DNA of 32,000 bases from Aeropyrum pernix K1. GTDB lineage: Archaea; Thermoproteota; Thermoprotei_A; Sulfolobales; Acidilobaceae. The notes beneath the pieces are model-generated. The model ran no database searches and was not told the DNA's origin. It saw only the letters and a list, made by a program, of their open reading frames with translations. The DNA lies in contig NC_000854.2 in NCBI RefSeq assembly GCF_000011125.1, positions 570,001-602,000 on the forward strand, in the 5' to 3' direction. A program made the translations under genes and the position numbers. Shown here in pieces: positions 8,835 to 16,333 of the stretch (position 1 is its first letter; each line of letters opens with the position of its first letter).

Positions 8835-9262
8835 TGGGGCTGGGGGAGGTTGCCGCCGAGGTGGAGAGGCTCCTGGGTAGGGTTGAGGAGGTTAGGCTTG
8901 AGGTGCTGAGGCTGCTGAACGCCCTGCCCTACTCGAACTGCACCCTCGACTACAGGTGGGTTAGGAACTCCAGCGGCGCGAAGTACTGGTACTGGTACGC
9001 CGTCTGCATCGTGGATGGGAGGCGGAGGCACGTCTACCTCGGCAAGGCCCCGGGGGAGCGTGTCAGCGAGATTGAGAAGGCGGGGAGGGCTAGGCGCCTG
9101 ATAGTACTGCACCGGCGCCTCCTCAAGGCCCGGAGGAGGCTGAAGGCCGCCGCGGACCGGGCGGAGAGGGTTCTCGACGCAGCCCTGCGGGATGCGAGGG
9201 AGGCGCTCGAGGAGGCCGAGCAGGCCCTGGCCAGGCTGAAGGAGGAGACCGCGAGGGTGTGA
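8834..9262 (+). CDS. hypothetical protein with C-terminal Ala/Arg/Glu-rich coiled-coil-like region
   Basis: VDGRRRHVYLGKAPGERVSEIEKAGRARRLIVLHRRLLKARRRLKAAADRAERVLDAALRDAREALEEAEQAL; overlaps upstream stop. Confidence 0.7.
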   Translation: MGLGEVAAEVERLLGRVEEVRLEVLRLLNALPYSNCTLDYRWVRNSSGAKYWYWYAVCIVDGRRRHVYLGKAPGERVSEIEKAGRARRLIVLHRRLLKARRRLKAAADRAERVLDAALRDAREALEEAEQALARLKEETARV

Positions 9263-9269
9263 CCCTGGG

Positions 9270-9509
9270 GTGGCTGTAATGGAGATAGAGGTGGTGGTCA
9301 CCACAGGCCGGGGACGCGGTATGAAGATATACTCGTTCAAAGCCCCGCCCAGCATGATCGCCGAGTTCGACAGGCTAGCGAGGCAGGCGGGGCTGACGCG
9401 GAGCGAGGCCATCAAGCTGTTGATAAAGCACGCTGTAGCCAACCCGGAGCTCCTCCGCCGCCTAGCAGGCCGCAACGTGCCGCGCAATACAGAGCTCACG
9501 CCATTCTAG
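9270..9509 (+). CDS. ribbon-helix-helix-like DNA-binding protein
   Basis: MKIYSFKAPPSMIAEFDRLARQAGLTRSEAIKLLIKHAVANPELL. Confidence 0.7.
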   Translation: MAVMEIEVVVTTGRGRGMKIYSFKAPPSMIAEFDRLARQAGLTRSEAIKLLIKHAVANPELLRRLAGRNVPRNTELTPF

Positions 9510-9521
9510 GGGTGACATTGG

Positions 9522-9803
9522 ATGGCTGTGCTGACGAGACGCGAGTTCCTCCTAGGGGTGCTCTGGCTAGGACCCCGCACGGCGGGCGAGGTGGTGGAGC
9601 TCGCCAAGGTGTACAGCGGCAGAGGCCCAGCACTATTCTCCCCGGAGGATGTTGAGAAGGCCGTGGAGCACTTCCTCGTAGCAGGCCTTGCGAGGCTGGA
9701 CAGTGGGGGTAGGCTTGTCCTAGAGAGGGAGAGCCTCCACCCGGGCCTTCGGGAGGCGGCGGAGCATGCGGCGAGGGAGGTGGAGAGGCTGTGGAGGAGG
9801 TAA
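9522..9803 (+). CDS. HTH-like hypothetical protein
   Basis: TRREFLLGVLWLGPRTAGEVVELAKVYSGRGPALFSPEDVEKAVEHFLVAGLARLDSGGRLVLERE. Confidence 0.6.
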   Translation: MAVLTRREFLLGVLWLGPRTAGEVVELAKVYSGRGPALFSPEDVEKAVEHFLVAGLARLDSGGRLVLERESLHPGLREAAEHAAREVERLWRR

Positions 9804-10021
9804 CCATACTCTACGGCCGCCGGGGCAGGAGGAGGGCTGAAGCCCTCGCCTGGTTCTTCGAGAGGCTCGGACTCAGGGTCGTCCTAAGGGAGGATGGCGG
9901 GGAGGGAGTTAGTGTTAAGTATGCGGGGGTCTGGTGGGAGGATCCCGACGAGGCCATCCGCCACATAGTGTCGCGGCGCTACACAAGGCGGGAGGCCCCC
10001 ACGCTGTTCGACGCGCCCTAG
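9791..10021 (+). CDS. small hypothetical protein
   Basis: MEEVTILYGRRGRRRAEALAWFFERLGLRVVLREDGG...; overlaps the upstream ORF by 13 nt. Confidence 0.55.
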   Translation: MEEVTILYGRRGRRRAEALAWFFERLGLRVVLREDGGEGVSVKYAGVWWEDPDEAIRHIVSRRYTRREAPTLFDAP

Positions 10022-10034
10022 GGGGTGGTCTGGC

Positions 10035-10361
10035 TTGGCGGGCGTGGACTACAGGCTCCAGCCGTACCTGCCAATCCTCAACGCCTTAACTCCAGCCCAG
10101 GCCAAGGCCTGGGATTATTTGGTGGAATATGTGAGGGCAACGGGCCGCATATGCTTCAGCTACAATACTCTGGCCCGCTACTGGCCTGCAGCGCAGACTA
10201 AGATCAATATTCAAACCCTCGACCGCCGCCTCAGAGAGTTCGCCCAGCTACGCCTCCTAGAGAGGAGGGAGATAAAGAAGGATGGCAGGCGGAGGGCGAG
10301 AACCATCTTCTGCCTGCCCGAGGACCTCGCAAGCTTTTACCTAGACGCCGGGAGGGGGTGA
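10035..10361 (+). CDS. HTH-like hypothetical protein (virus/plasmid type)
   Basis: LTPAQAKAWDYLVEYVRATGRICFSYNTLARYWPAAQTKINIQTLDRRLREFAQLRLLERREIKKDGRRRA. Confidence 0.65.
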   Translation: MAGVDYRLQPYLPILNALTPAQAKAWDYLVEYVRATGRICFSYNTLARYWPAAQTKINIQTLDRRLREFAQLRLLERREIKKDGRRRARTIFCLPEDLASFYLDAGRG

Positions 10362-10612
10362 GAATGGTGCTCAGCGTGAGCTTCACAGGCAGGATAAGCA
10401 AGCGTAGGGGGCAGGTGTTGGTGCTCCTCCCCCGCGACTACTGGCAGCTCTTCCAGGGGCTCAGGGGTAAGAAGGTGAGGGTTAGGGTCGGGGAGGTGGA
10501 GTACACTGGCAGGATCACGGTTATCGAGGAGAGAGTGTACGTCTCGCTTCCTTTTTCGGCTCTGGCCCTGAGGGAGCGTAGCAGGTACCACCTTATCCGC
10601 CTGGAGGTGTAG
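10358..10612 (+). CDS. small beta-rich protein (AbrB/OB-like appearance)
   Basis: MVLSVSFTGRISKRRGQVLVLLPRDYWQLFQGLRGKKVRVRVGEVEYTGRITVIEERVYVSLPFSAL; 4-nt overlap with upstream ORF. Confidence 0.6.
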   Translation: MRMVLSVSFTGRISKRRGQVLVLLPRDYWQLFQGLRGKKVRVRVGEVEYTGRITVIEERVYVSLPFSALALRERSRYHLIRLEV

Positions 10613-10615
10613 GTT

Positions 10616-10771
10616 ATGAGAGTGGTTGAGAGGCTTGGAGCTCCACACAGCTATACGCCTGCTAAACACGCCTACACCGGGCCCCGCCCTTACACGGCGG
10701 AGGTCCGGGGTTCAAATCCCCGCGGGCCCACCAAAACTCGATTTCATTCTGTTTCATGCTGTCTTGTCTAG
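10616..10771 (+). pseudogene. candidate int(N) fragment of a partitioned SSV-type integrase
   Basis: ORF MRVVERLGAPHSYTPAKHAYTGPRPYTAEVRGSNPRGPTKTRFH... starts 4 nt after the upstream gene and reads through the tRNA-derived att sequence. Confidence 0.35.
10684..10733 (+). repeat. 3' half of tRNA-Val(UAC), probable attachment-site duplication
   Basis: CCGCC-CTTACAC-GGCGG anticodon arm (anticodon TAC), AGGTC, T arm CGGGG-TTCAAAT-CCCCG, acceptor 3' strand CGGGCCC-A-CCA; no acceptor 5' strand or D arm upstream. Confidence 0.75.
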
Positions 10772-10895
10772 ACTGTTGTAAATCCGCAGCAACGCTGTAC
10801 TATTGTCTTGTAGCTAAGAAAACGCAACATTATAACTTGGTAGGTTGAACCCTCTTAATAGCAGCTGGATGTGAGAGTCTATCCTTAGCTCTACA

Positions 10896-11150
10896 TCACA
10901 ATATTTTAATAGGGAATTGGGTTGCTAGTCTATCTGCCGAGAATGCATTATCGACAACTAGTTTGGCGATATCGGGGCTATCTATAGTGTAGCTATATCT
11001 GAGGTTAATAAGGCGCTCTATACCTCCTCTGTAGACTTTCACAGAGACGATTATCTGTCTCAGCGTTCTTTGTTTTCGAACTGCATCTATCATTGTTTTG
11101 TAAACCCGGGTGTATCCCCCTCTTACCGTTCTCGAGGTATTTCCGTCCAT
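10896..11150 (-). CDS. small protein, possibly the C-terminal part of a frameshifted gene
   Basis: MDGNTSRTVRGGYTRVYKTMIDAVRKQRTLRQIIVSVKVYRGGIERLINLRYSYTID...; the frame stays open upstream to about 11230 (KDTVQYRKIQLSVSAPNTSLEATVVL). Confidence 0.45.
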   Translation of the reverse strand: MDGNTSRTVRGGYTRVYKTMIDAVRKQRTLRQIIVSVKVYRGGIERLINLRYSYTIDSPDIAKLVVDNAFSADRLATQFPIKIL

Positions 11151-11198
11151 AAGAACTACCGTGGCCTCTAGGCTCGTGTTGGGGGCAGAAACACTAAG

Positions 11199-11230
11199 CT
11201 GTATCTTTCTGTATTGGACTGTATCTTTCT
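11199..11230. repeat. short direct repeat CTGTATCTTTCT x2, 20-bp period
   Basis: CTGTATCTTTCT at 11199-11210 and 11219-11230. Confidence 0.8.
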
Positions 11231-11340
11231 ATACCGCGTAGAGCTATTAGATAGGCTGATGTTGAATGCCTATCTAAGCCATATCTCTTCGTTATGTAGC
11301 TCATATTGGGGAATCCCCAATAAAACTTATAAGGCTTGAA

Positions 11341-11429
11341 GTTCATAAACCTAACCCCGGTGACCCCGGGGTTCCCGAGGGAAGCCCCCAGGGGCTTCCG
11401 TAGGCGGCCCCGGGGAGACCGTGATGAAC
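11341..11429. ncRNA. candidate structured RNA / compound hairpin element
   Basis: Nested complementary segments: GTTCAT 11341-11346 with ATGAAC 11424-11429; AACCCCGG 11353-11360 with CCGGGGTT 11366-11373; GGAAGCCCC 11380-11388 with GGGGCTTCC 11391-11399. TATA-like AACTTATAAG just upstream on + strand. Confidence 0.35.
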
Positions 11430-11463
11430 CCAGCCGTGCCCGACACAACCTGCTATAATATTG

Positions 11464-11717
11464 TTACATGAAGGCACGGTTTGGGTGAACGGTTAAGTAG
11501 TCCCTGTATTTCATGTAAAACTGTGGTATGCTGGACTTGGATCCATAGACTTTTCCTAGTGGTGTGTGAATGTACACTGCATAGCCGTGCCTGACTAGCC
11601 ATTTTAGGGAGTCCTGCACTCTCTTCAAAGGGAGCTCTACGGCCCTTGCTATAAGGTCTGGAGGCGGGGGGATTCCTCTATTATTTCTAGAATCCTTCTA
11701 TGCCTGCTCATCTCCAT
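11464..11717 (-). pseudogene. HTH-like regulator interrupted by a frameshift at a C6 tract
   Basis: Frame 1 MEMSRHRRILEIIEES, frame 2 PPPDLIARAVELPLKRVQDSLKWLVRHGYAVYIHTPLGKVYGSKSSIPQFYMKYRDYLTVHPNRAFM*; junction at GGGGGG 11666-11671 (CCCCCC on the coding strand). Confidence 0.45.
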
Positions 11718-11839
11718 TAAGAACTTTACAACTTCAGGCCTGATCCCTCCCCTTCTTCGCGAAGTCGTATGGAGGTATTTCCGTTAGCTTTATCCCCAGT
11801 GTGGCTGCTATCCTAAGCTTGTATAGTTTAGCATAATGT

Positions 11840-12685
11840 TTAGAGTGAGGGGGTGTTGGATCTTGTCTTAACGGTTTCAATCAGCATGGTCCACGCCTTA
11901 GGTGCTTCGTAAGGTATAACCATGTAGATAGGCTTGACCAGCCTGCTCCAGTCCCTGTTATAGTCTACCCGGAATGCCAGCATACCCCGCTCTATAATAG
12001 GTATGTCGTGGCTGCTGTCTCCGGCCGTCACCACCACCTTGGCACATGGCCTGAGCAGGGGCTCTTGGAGCGCAGCGTCTATAGCCATCCCCTTACCTCT
12101 ATGGGCAGCTATCTGTACAGTCCTCGGAGCCCTGTGGACGTAGGTTAGCTCCCTATACCTAAGGGCCGTGCTGAGTATAGTGTCTAGGCATTCTTGGCTT
12201 CTGCTCCAAATAACCTCGAGATACTCCCTCCGGGCGGCCAGAGCGGCCCTTTCTCGAGGCAGGCCGGTTATCAGCTGGGCCTCCGTGGCGTCGGCTTTCG
12301 AGAGTCTTACGGCCCCGCATGTTTCGGCCAGCGAGTCCAGGAGGGCGTCTATGCTGGCCAGCGGCTTGCCCAGCGCAGTATACTCCAGGCCCACCTCGCT
12401 GTTGAAACCCGTAGGCCTCGCGAGGCTCCCCCGGGGGCCGTATATCGCGCCGCCAGACTCGGCTAGGGCTATCCTCTCCCCCGGGGGAACGCCTATAGAG
12501 TCCCAGAGCTCAACTATCTCGTATATGCTCTTAGAAGTGACGGGGACAACCCTGTATCCCAGATCCAGCGCCTCTAGATACACTTCCCCAGCCTCCCCGG
12601 CCTCTCCCCCGGGGCCTACGAGTGTGTTGTCTAAATCTGTGAAGATAACTCCGGAGCAGGGCCTCGCCTCCAAGGCTTGCCCCAC
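11840..12685 (-). CDS. mpgP: mannosyl-3-phosphoglycerate phosphatase (HAD family)
   Basis: VIFTDLDNTLV motif I; adjacent to the mannosyl-3-phosphoglycerate synthase gene; late VVTAGDSSHDIPII motif. Confidence 0.9.
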   Translation of the reverse strand: MGQALEARPCSGVIFTDLDNTLVGPGGEAGEAGEVYLEALDLGYRVVPVTSKSIYEIVELWDSIGVPPGERIALAESGGAIYGPRGSLARPTGFNSEVGLEYTALGKPLASIDALLDSLAETCGAVRLSKADATEAQLITGLPRERAALAARREYLEVIWSRSQECLDTILSTALRYRELTYVHRAPRTVQIAAHRGKGMAIDAALQEPLLRPCAKVVVTAGDSSHDIPIIERGMLAFRVDYNRDWSRLVKPIYMVIPYEAPKAWTMLIETVKTRSNTPSL

Positions 12686-12705
12686 TCTATCCTAGGGAGA
12701 GCATG

Positions 12706-13890
12706 CTAGACGGCGAAGTAGTAGCTGTCGCTACTCTCTGCTATGAAGGAGGCGAAGACTTTCTTAGGGTCTGTTCCGGCAGGCCTGTATGTAGAGGGTT
12801 TTGGGGGCTCCTCGGCAAGGCCTAGGCTCTTGAGCTGGTCGAGTATCCGGCTCTTCACCTCCTCGCTGGCGAGGGAGGAGTGGAATATTGTGCCGAGGCT
12901 TACAGCTGTCATCTCGGCAATGTGCTCGTCGCCCCTCTCAGCATGTATATGGGGGTTCAGGGGGGACACCTGCCTGACCTCTATGTAGTCGGGCGCTATG
13001 GGGCACTTGCCCGCCTGCAGTCCTAGGTAGCAGTTCTCCAGCATCCACACCAGCTGGTACGTCTCCACGGCGAAACCACTCCCCCAGTTCATCTCCATAC
13101 CGAGCTTTACCGTGAGGGCCTGCTCGCCCGAGTTTCCGGTCTTTATTATGTCGGTCTCTATCCTCTTGTAGATTGAGAGGGTGTAGTTTAGCACGCCGTT
13201 GGTTATAGTGGAGACCCTCCCCCTCTTCCTGAGGTACATGTCGCTCGCCGCCAGCTTCCCCTTATAGGGCCAGACTATCCTCACCATGGAGTAGCTACTT
13301 GTAGCCCTAGACAGGGCCGAGTAGTATATCCATGAATACTCGAGGGCCGATCCGGGAACGTAGTTATCGCTGTCAACATAGCCCACAAAGTCTGCGCCGA
13401 GCGCCGCCGCGACTATGAAGCCCAGCAGCATACCCTCCCCCTTCCCCTTCCTAACCCTACCACTGGCGCCCACCATGCTCTCAAGGGGTGTCCCCGAAAG
13501 GGCTTCACTCCAGGCAGGGTCGAACTGGTAGACTATAGCTATATCACGCTGCAGGCTCCTACTTATCAGCCGGGCTAGCTCCACCTCATTAGAGAACCTG
13601 TCTACAGGCTCCCTTGTAGAAGCTGAGACAACAACCACCGGCGACTCAGTAGGTATAGAGCGGAGCACGTTCTCAAGTGTAAGCAGGTCCTCATCCTTCA
13701 CAGGAACAACTATAACCGTCCTAAAGGCGGCGTCCTCAAGCTCGCCCCGATCAACATAGACAAGGTTAGTTGGCCTGGACTTAGGCCGCCCGTCTAGGGA
13801 TAGTACCCGGCTAACATCATAAATCCTGACGGCGCCGAACACCTCGAACTTTGCTGGGAGGCTCAGCATCAACCCTCTAAACCACCCCAC
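12706..13890 (-). CDS. mpgS: mannosyl-3-phosphoglycerate synthase
   Basis: FEVFGAVRIYDVSRVLSLDG, GRVRKGKGEGMLLGFIVAAALGADFVGYVDSDNYVPGS (GT-A DxD-like), NPHIHAERGDEHI. ATG at 13869 is an alternative start. Confidence 0.92.
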   Translation of the reverse strand: MGWFRGLMLSLPAKFEVFGAVRIYDVSRVLSLDGRPKSRPTNLVYVDRGELEDAAFRTVIVVPVKDEDLLTLENVLRSIPTESPVVVVSASTREPVDRFSNEVELARLISRSLQRDIAIVYQFDPAWSEALSGTPLESMVGASGRVRKGKGEGMLLGFIVAAALGADFVGYVDSDNYVPGSALEYSWIYYSALSRATSSYSMVRIVWPYKGKLAASDMYLRKRGRVSTITNGVLNYTLSIYKRIETDIIKTGNSGEQALTVKLGMEMNWGSGFAVETYQLVWMLENCYLGLQAGKCPIAPDYIEVRQVSPLNPHIHAERGDEHIAEMTAVSLGTIFHSSLASEEVKSRILDQLKSLGLAEEPPKPSTYRPAGTDPKKVFASFIAESSDSYYFAV

Positions 13891-13902
13891 ACAGACGCTG
13901 GC

Positions 13903-13961
13903 AAGCCCCGGGAAGATGATGCACGGCTAGTTTCCAAGGAGATTAACGCATCCCGGGGCTT
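13903..13961. promoter_or_regulatory. hairpin immediately upstream of mpgS
   Basis: Perfect 11-bp inverted repeat AAGCCCCGGGA (13903-13913) / TCCCGGGGCTT (13951-13961) with 37-nt spacer. Confidence 0.5.
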
Positions 13962-14143
13962 AGGCAACCAGAGCCCAGCCAGCACAACCCCTATTTAATA
14001 GGTAGCCCGGGGTTCTTAAAGAAGACTCGAAATAGTTGCCGGCAAACCGTACACAGCCACACTGAAGGAAAACGATTATAAGGAAAGCAGAATATATTTC
14101 GCTGAACCACTATAACCACCAAGGGATGCTACGAATAGAGCAG

Positions 14144-14222
14144 GGGCCCGTAGCTCAGCCAGGACCAGAGCGCCGGCCTGCGGAGCCGGAGGTCCCGGGT
14201 TCAAATCCCGGCGGGCCCGCCA
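14144..14222 (+). tRNA. tRNA-Arg(GCG)
   Basis: GGGCCCG/CGGGCCC acceptor, GCTC/GAGC D arm, CCGGC-CTGCGGA-GCCGG anticodon arm, CCGGG-TTCAAAT-CCCGG T arm, encoded CCA, no intron. Confidence 0.95.
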
Positions 14223-14256
14223 CATCTTAACAACCTTTCTATTGAATTTTAACCTG

Positions 14257-14773
14257 CTATTGTTCACATTGTTCCTGGTACGCTTTTAGATTTAACTTCT
14301 TTAAGGCCTCATTTATTATCTTATCCGATATTCTGAACCCGTGTTCTTTAAGTTCTCTTAGCGCTTGAATTAGCTTATCCTTACTTATAAGTCCTTTACT
14401 ATAGGCTAGTCGTAAGAGGCCTATGGTTCCAATGACCTTTAGATTCATGGATTTTGCTTTTGATCTTGCGATTCTATCGTCTAGGGCTAACATACAGCCA
14501 TGCTCTACTGCTAGTGCTATTGCCTCTGACTCGCCTTTACCTAGAGGATCGTGAAGTGCCTCTACCAATGCCCTATTCTTTGGAGCCAAAACCTCTACTT
14601 TACCCTGATTTATAAGGGTTTCTAGCTCCTTTGAACCAGGCCTACCACGGCCTTTAGTGACGACCTCCTCGTAAACTGCATGAGGCACTGTTATCTCTAT
14701 ATTAAGAACTGAAATTATATTTGTCATTTGTCATATTTATCTCTGCGAGCGCTATTATGACGCTTGAATTCAT
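14257..14773 (-). pseudogene. PIN-domain (VapC-like) toxin, apparently frameshifted by a 7-bp tandem duplication
   Basis: 14257-14727 encodes ...ITVPHAVYEEVV...GKGESEAIALAVEHGCMLALDDRIAR..., lacking the N-terminal strand; upstream frame MNSSVIIALAEINMTN supplies it once one copy of ATGACAA (TTGTCAT x2 at 14721-14734) is removed. Confidence 0.7.
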
Positions 14774-14795
14774 TACTAGGCAGTGACTCGGCAGG

Positions 14796-15035
14796 CTACT
14801 CAATCCCCAGCTCCTCCCGAAGCTCCTCGTCACTGTAGGGATAGGCTTGTATTCTCCTCCTACGAAGCTCTACTAGGAAGTCATATAGACTCATTCCAGC
14901 CAACTCAGCCGCCCGCTCCACACTAACAATGCCACGGAGAAACAGGTCAACCGCATAAGCTAGTTTAACCTCTCTCTCAATATCACCAACATAATGAGAG
15001 GGCACCTTAACCTTAACCACTACCTCACGAGACAA
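14796..15035 (-). CDS. UPF0175-like antitoxin
   Basis: REVKLAYAVDLFLRGIVSVERAAELAGMSLYDFLVELRRRRIQAYPYSDEELREEL; directly upstream of the PIN ORF. Confidence 0.85.
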   Translation of the reverse strand: MSREVVVKVKVPSHYVGDIEREVKLAYAVDLFLRGIVSVERAAELAGMSLYDFLVELRRRRIQAYPYSDEELREELGIE

Positions 15036-15787
15036 TCCTTCTCCCTATCTACTACAATACTTAACAACTCTTAAGTTCTTACAATCAATTTGAGAAAACC
15101 TGTCCCATGCATTACCCTTCTAGGTATAAAAACGTTATAAAATGTCCCAGATTTCCATCGATTCTCGGGATGTTAGTATTTAAGCGCCGGCCTGTGGAGG
15201 CGGGGTCTCGCGGGGTTCAAGCTTACGGCGGCCGCGCTATGGCTACTCCTTCATTCCTTCGCTAGTTCGAACATTTTGGGCAAAAGCCCACCGCCGGAGA
15301 CCTTCAGTTCCTGTGTGGAAATCCCTCGTAATGATTGTGGCTTGAGTTAAAGACATTTAGTGTTAGAGATAAGGTTAGTAAAGCTAATATTTGGCTGTAT
15401 TGGGAATAGTTTTTCATAAAGGCTTAATGGAAAGGAGGAAACTAGCTTATGAGAGCTTATATGGAACCAATATCGCTTAACTATTCTTTCGAGGGAGATA
15501 GTTACGGCTTTTGGAATCTTTATTAACCGTTATTTATTGTATCTCAGGGCTAGCCTAACAAGTTGTCTATATGACGAAATAATATATATTTGCAAATAAA
15601 TTATGTCGATTACACAAACATACTTAGTCTCTGTTGAGGTTTTGTAAGTGAATATAAAAACCAAATTTTCAGGTTTTCCATATAGTATTGCTATGTCTGC
15701 TACAATTGTTGAAGTTAAGAATAACCCAATTCTAATAAGGAAGCTTGGCGAGCAAGCCTATGTATTACGGCAGGGGGTTCAGAGCTA

Positions 15788-16276
15788 GTGGCCGACTTCG
15801 CCAACATATTTCTGGGATGGCTGCACATCCTGGGCGTGGTAATATGGATAGGAGGCTCTATAGTGCTAGACGTGATTCTGAGGCCTGGCTCAATCAAGAG
15901 CATGGGGTTAACGCAGGAGCAGGCCGCCAGGCTTGGTCAAGCTATTTCCAAGAGGTTTAGCCCTATGGTCTGGATATCTGTAGTCGTGGTAGCCGCTACA
16001 GGTGTTTTAAGAGGGGCTAGAATGGATGTTTTGGGCTATGACGCTCTTACAGGTACGACTTACGGCCTCATACTCTCGGCAAAGCTGATCCTATTCCTCG
16101 CCATGATGGTTATAGGTGTTATGATAGGTAGGACAGGGCTAAAGCTGGCTAAGGCAGGTGATCCGGAGGAGTCTCTAAAAGCCCAGACCAAAATTAGAAA
16201 GCTCTCCGAGGTAAATATAGCGATAGGTATAGTGGTTATACTTCTAGCTGTCGCGCTGAGATATGGCGGCATATGA
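15788..16276 (+). CDS. CopD-like integral membrane protein
   Basis: GWLHILGVVIWIGGSIVLDVILRP and four hydrophobic segments. Confidence 0.8.
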   Translation: MADFANIFLGWLHILGVVIWIGGSIVLDVILRPGSIKSMGLTQEQAARLGQAISKRFSPMVWISVVVVAATGVLRGARMDVLGYDALTGTTYGLILSAKLILFLAMMVIGVMIGRTGLKLAKAGDPEESLKAQTKIRKLSEVNIAIGIVVILLAVALRYGGI

Positions 16277-16333
16277 AAGTAACAGTAAGGGTTATACTGA
16301 CCCGGAGGTAACGCCCCCTACATTGCTATCTAG

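Noticed and set aside
8831-9499. 222-aa reverse-strand ORF
   Set aside because: Pro/Arg-rich translation opposite a run of small overlapping + strand ORFs with better protein-like composition.
11194-11448. 84-aa reverse ORF as a single protein
   Set aside because: Its N-terminal half is the translation of the GC-rich hairpin block; only the part from MSYITK (11304) looks coding.
11421-11460. C/D-box sRNA based on GTGATGA
   Set aside because: No recognisable CTGA D box or terminal stem at the right spacing, so not called as a C/D guide RNA.
12168-12695. 175-aa + strand ORF across mpgP
   Set aside because: Fully antisense to a gene with clear HAD motifs; long antisense ORFs are expected in GC-rich coding DNA.
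14076-14267. 63-aa reverse ORF over the tRNA-Arg gene
   Set aside because: The MWRARRDLNPGPPAPQAG-type peptide is the typical antisense translation of a tRNA.
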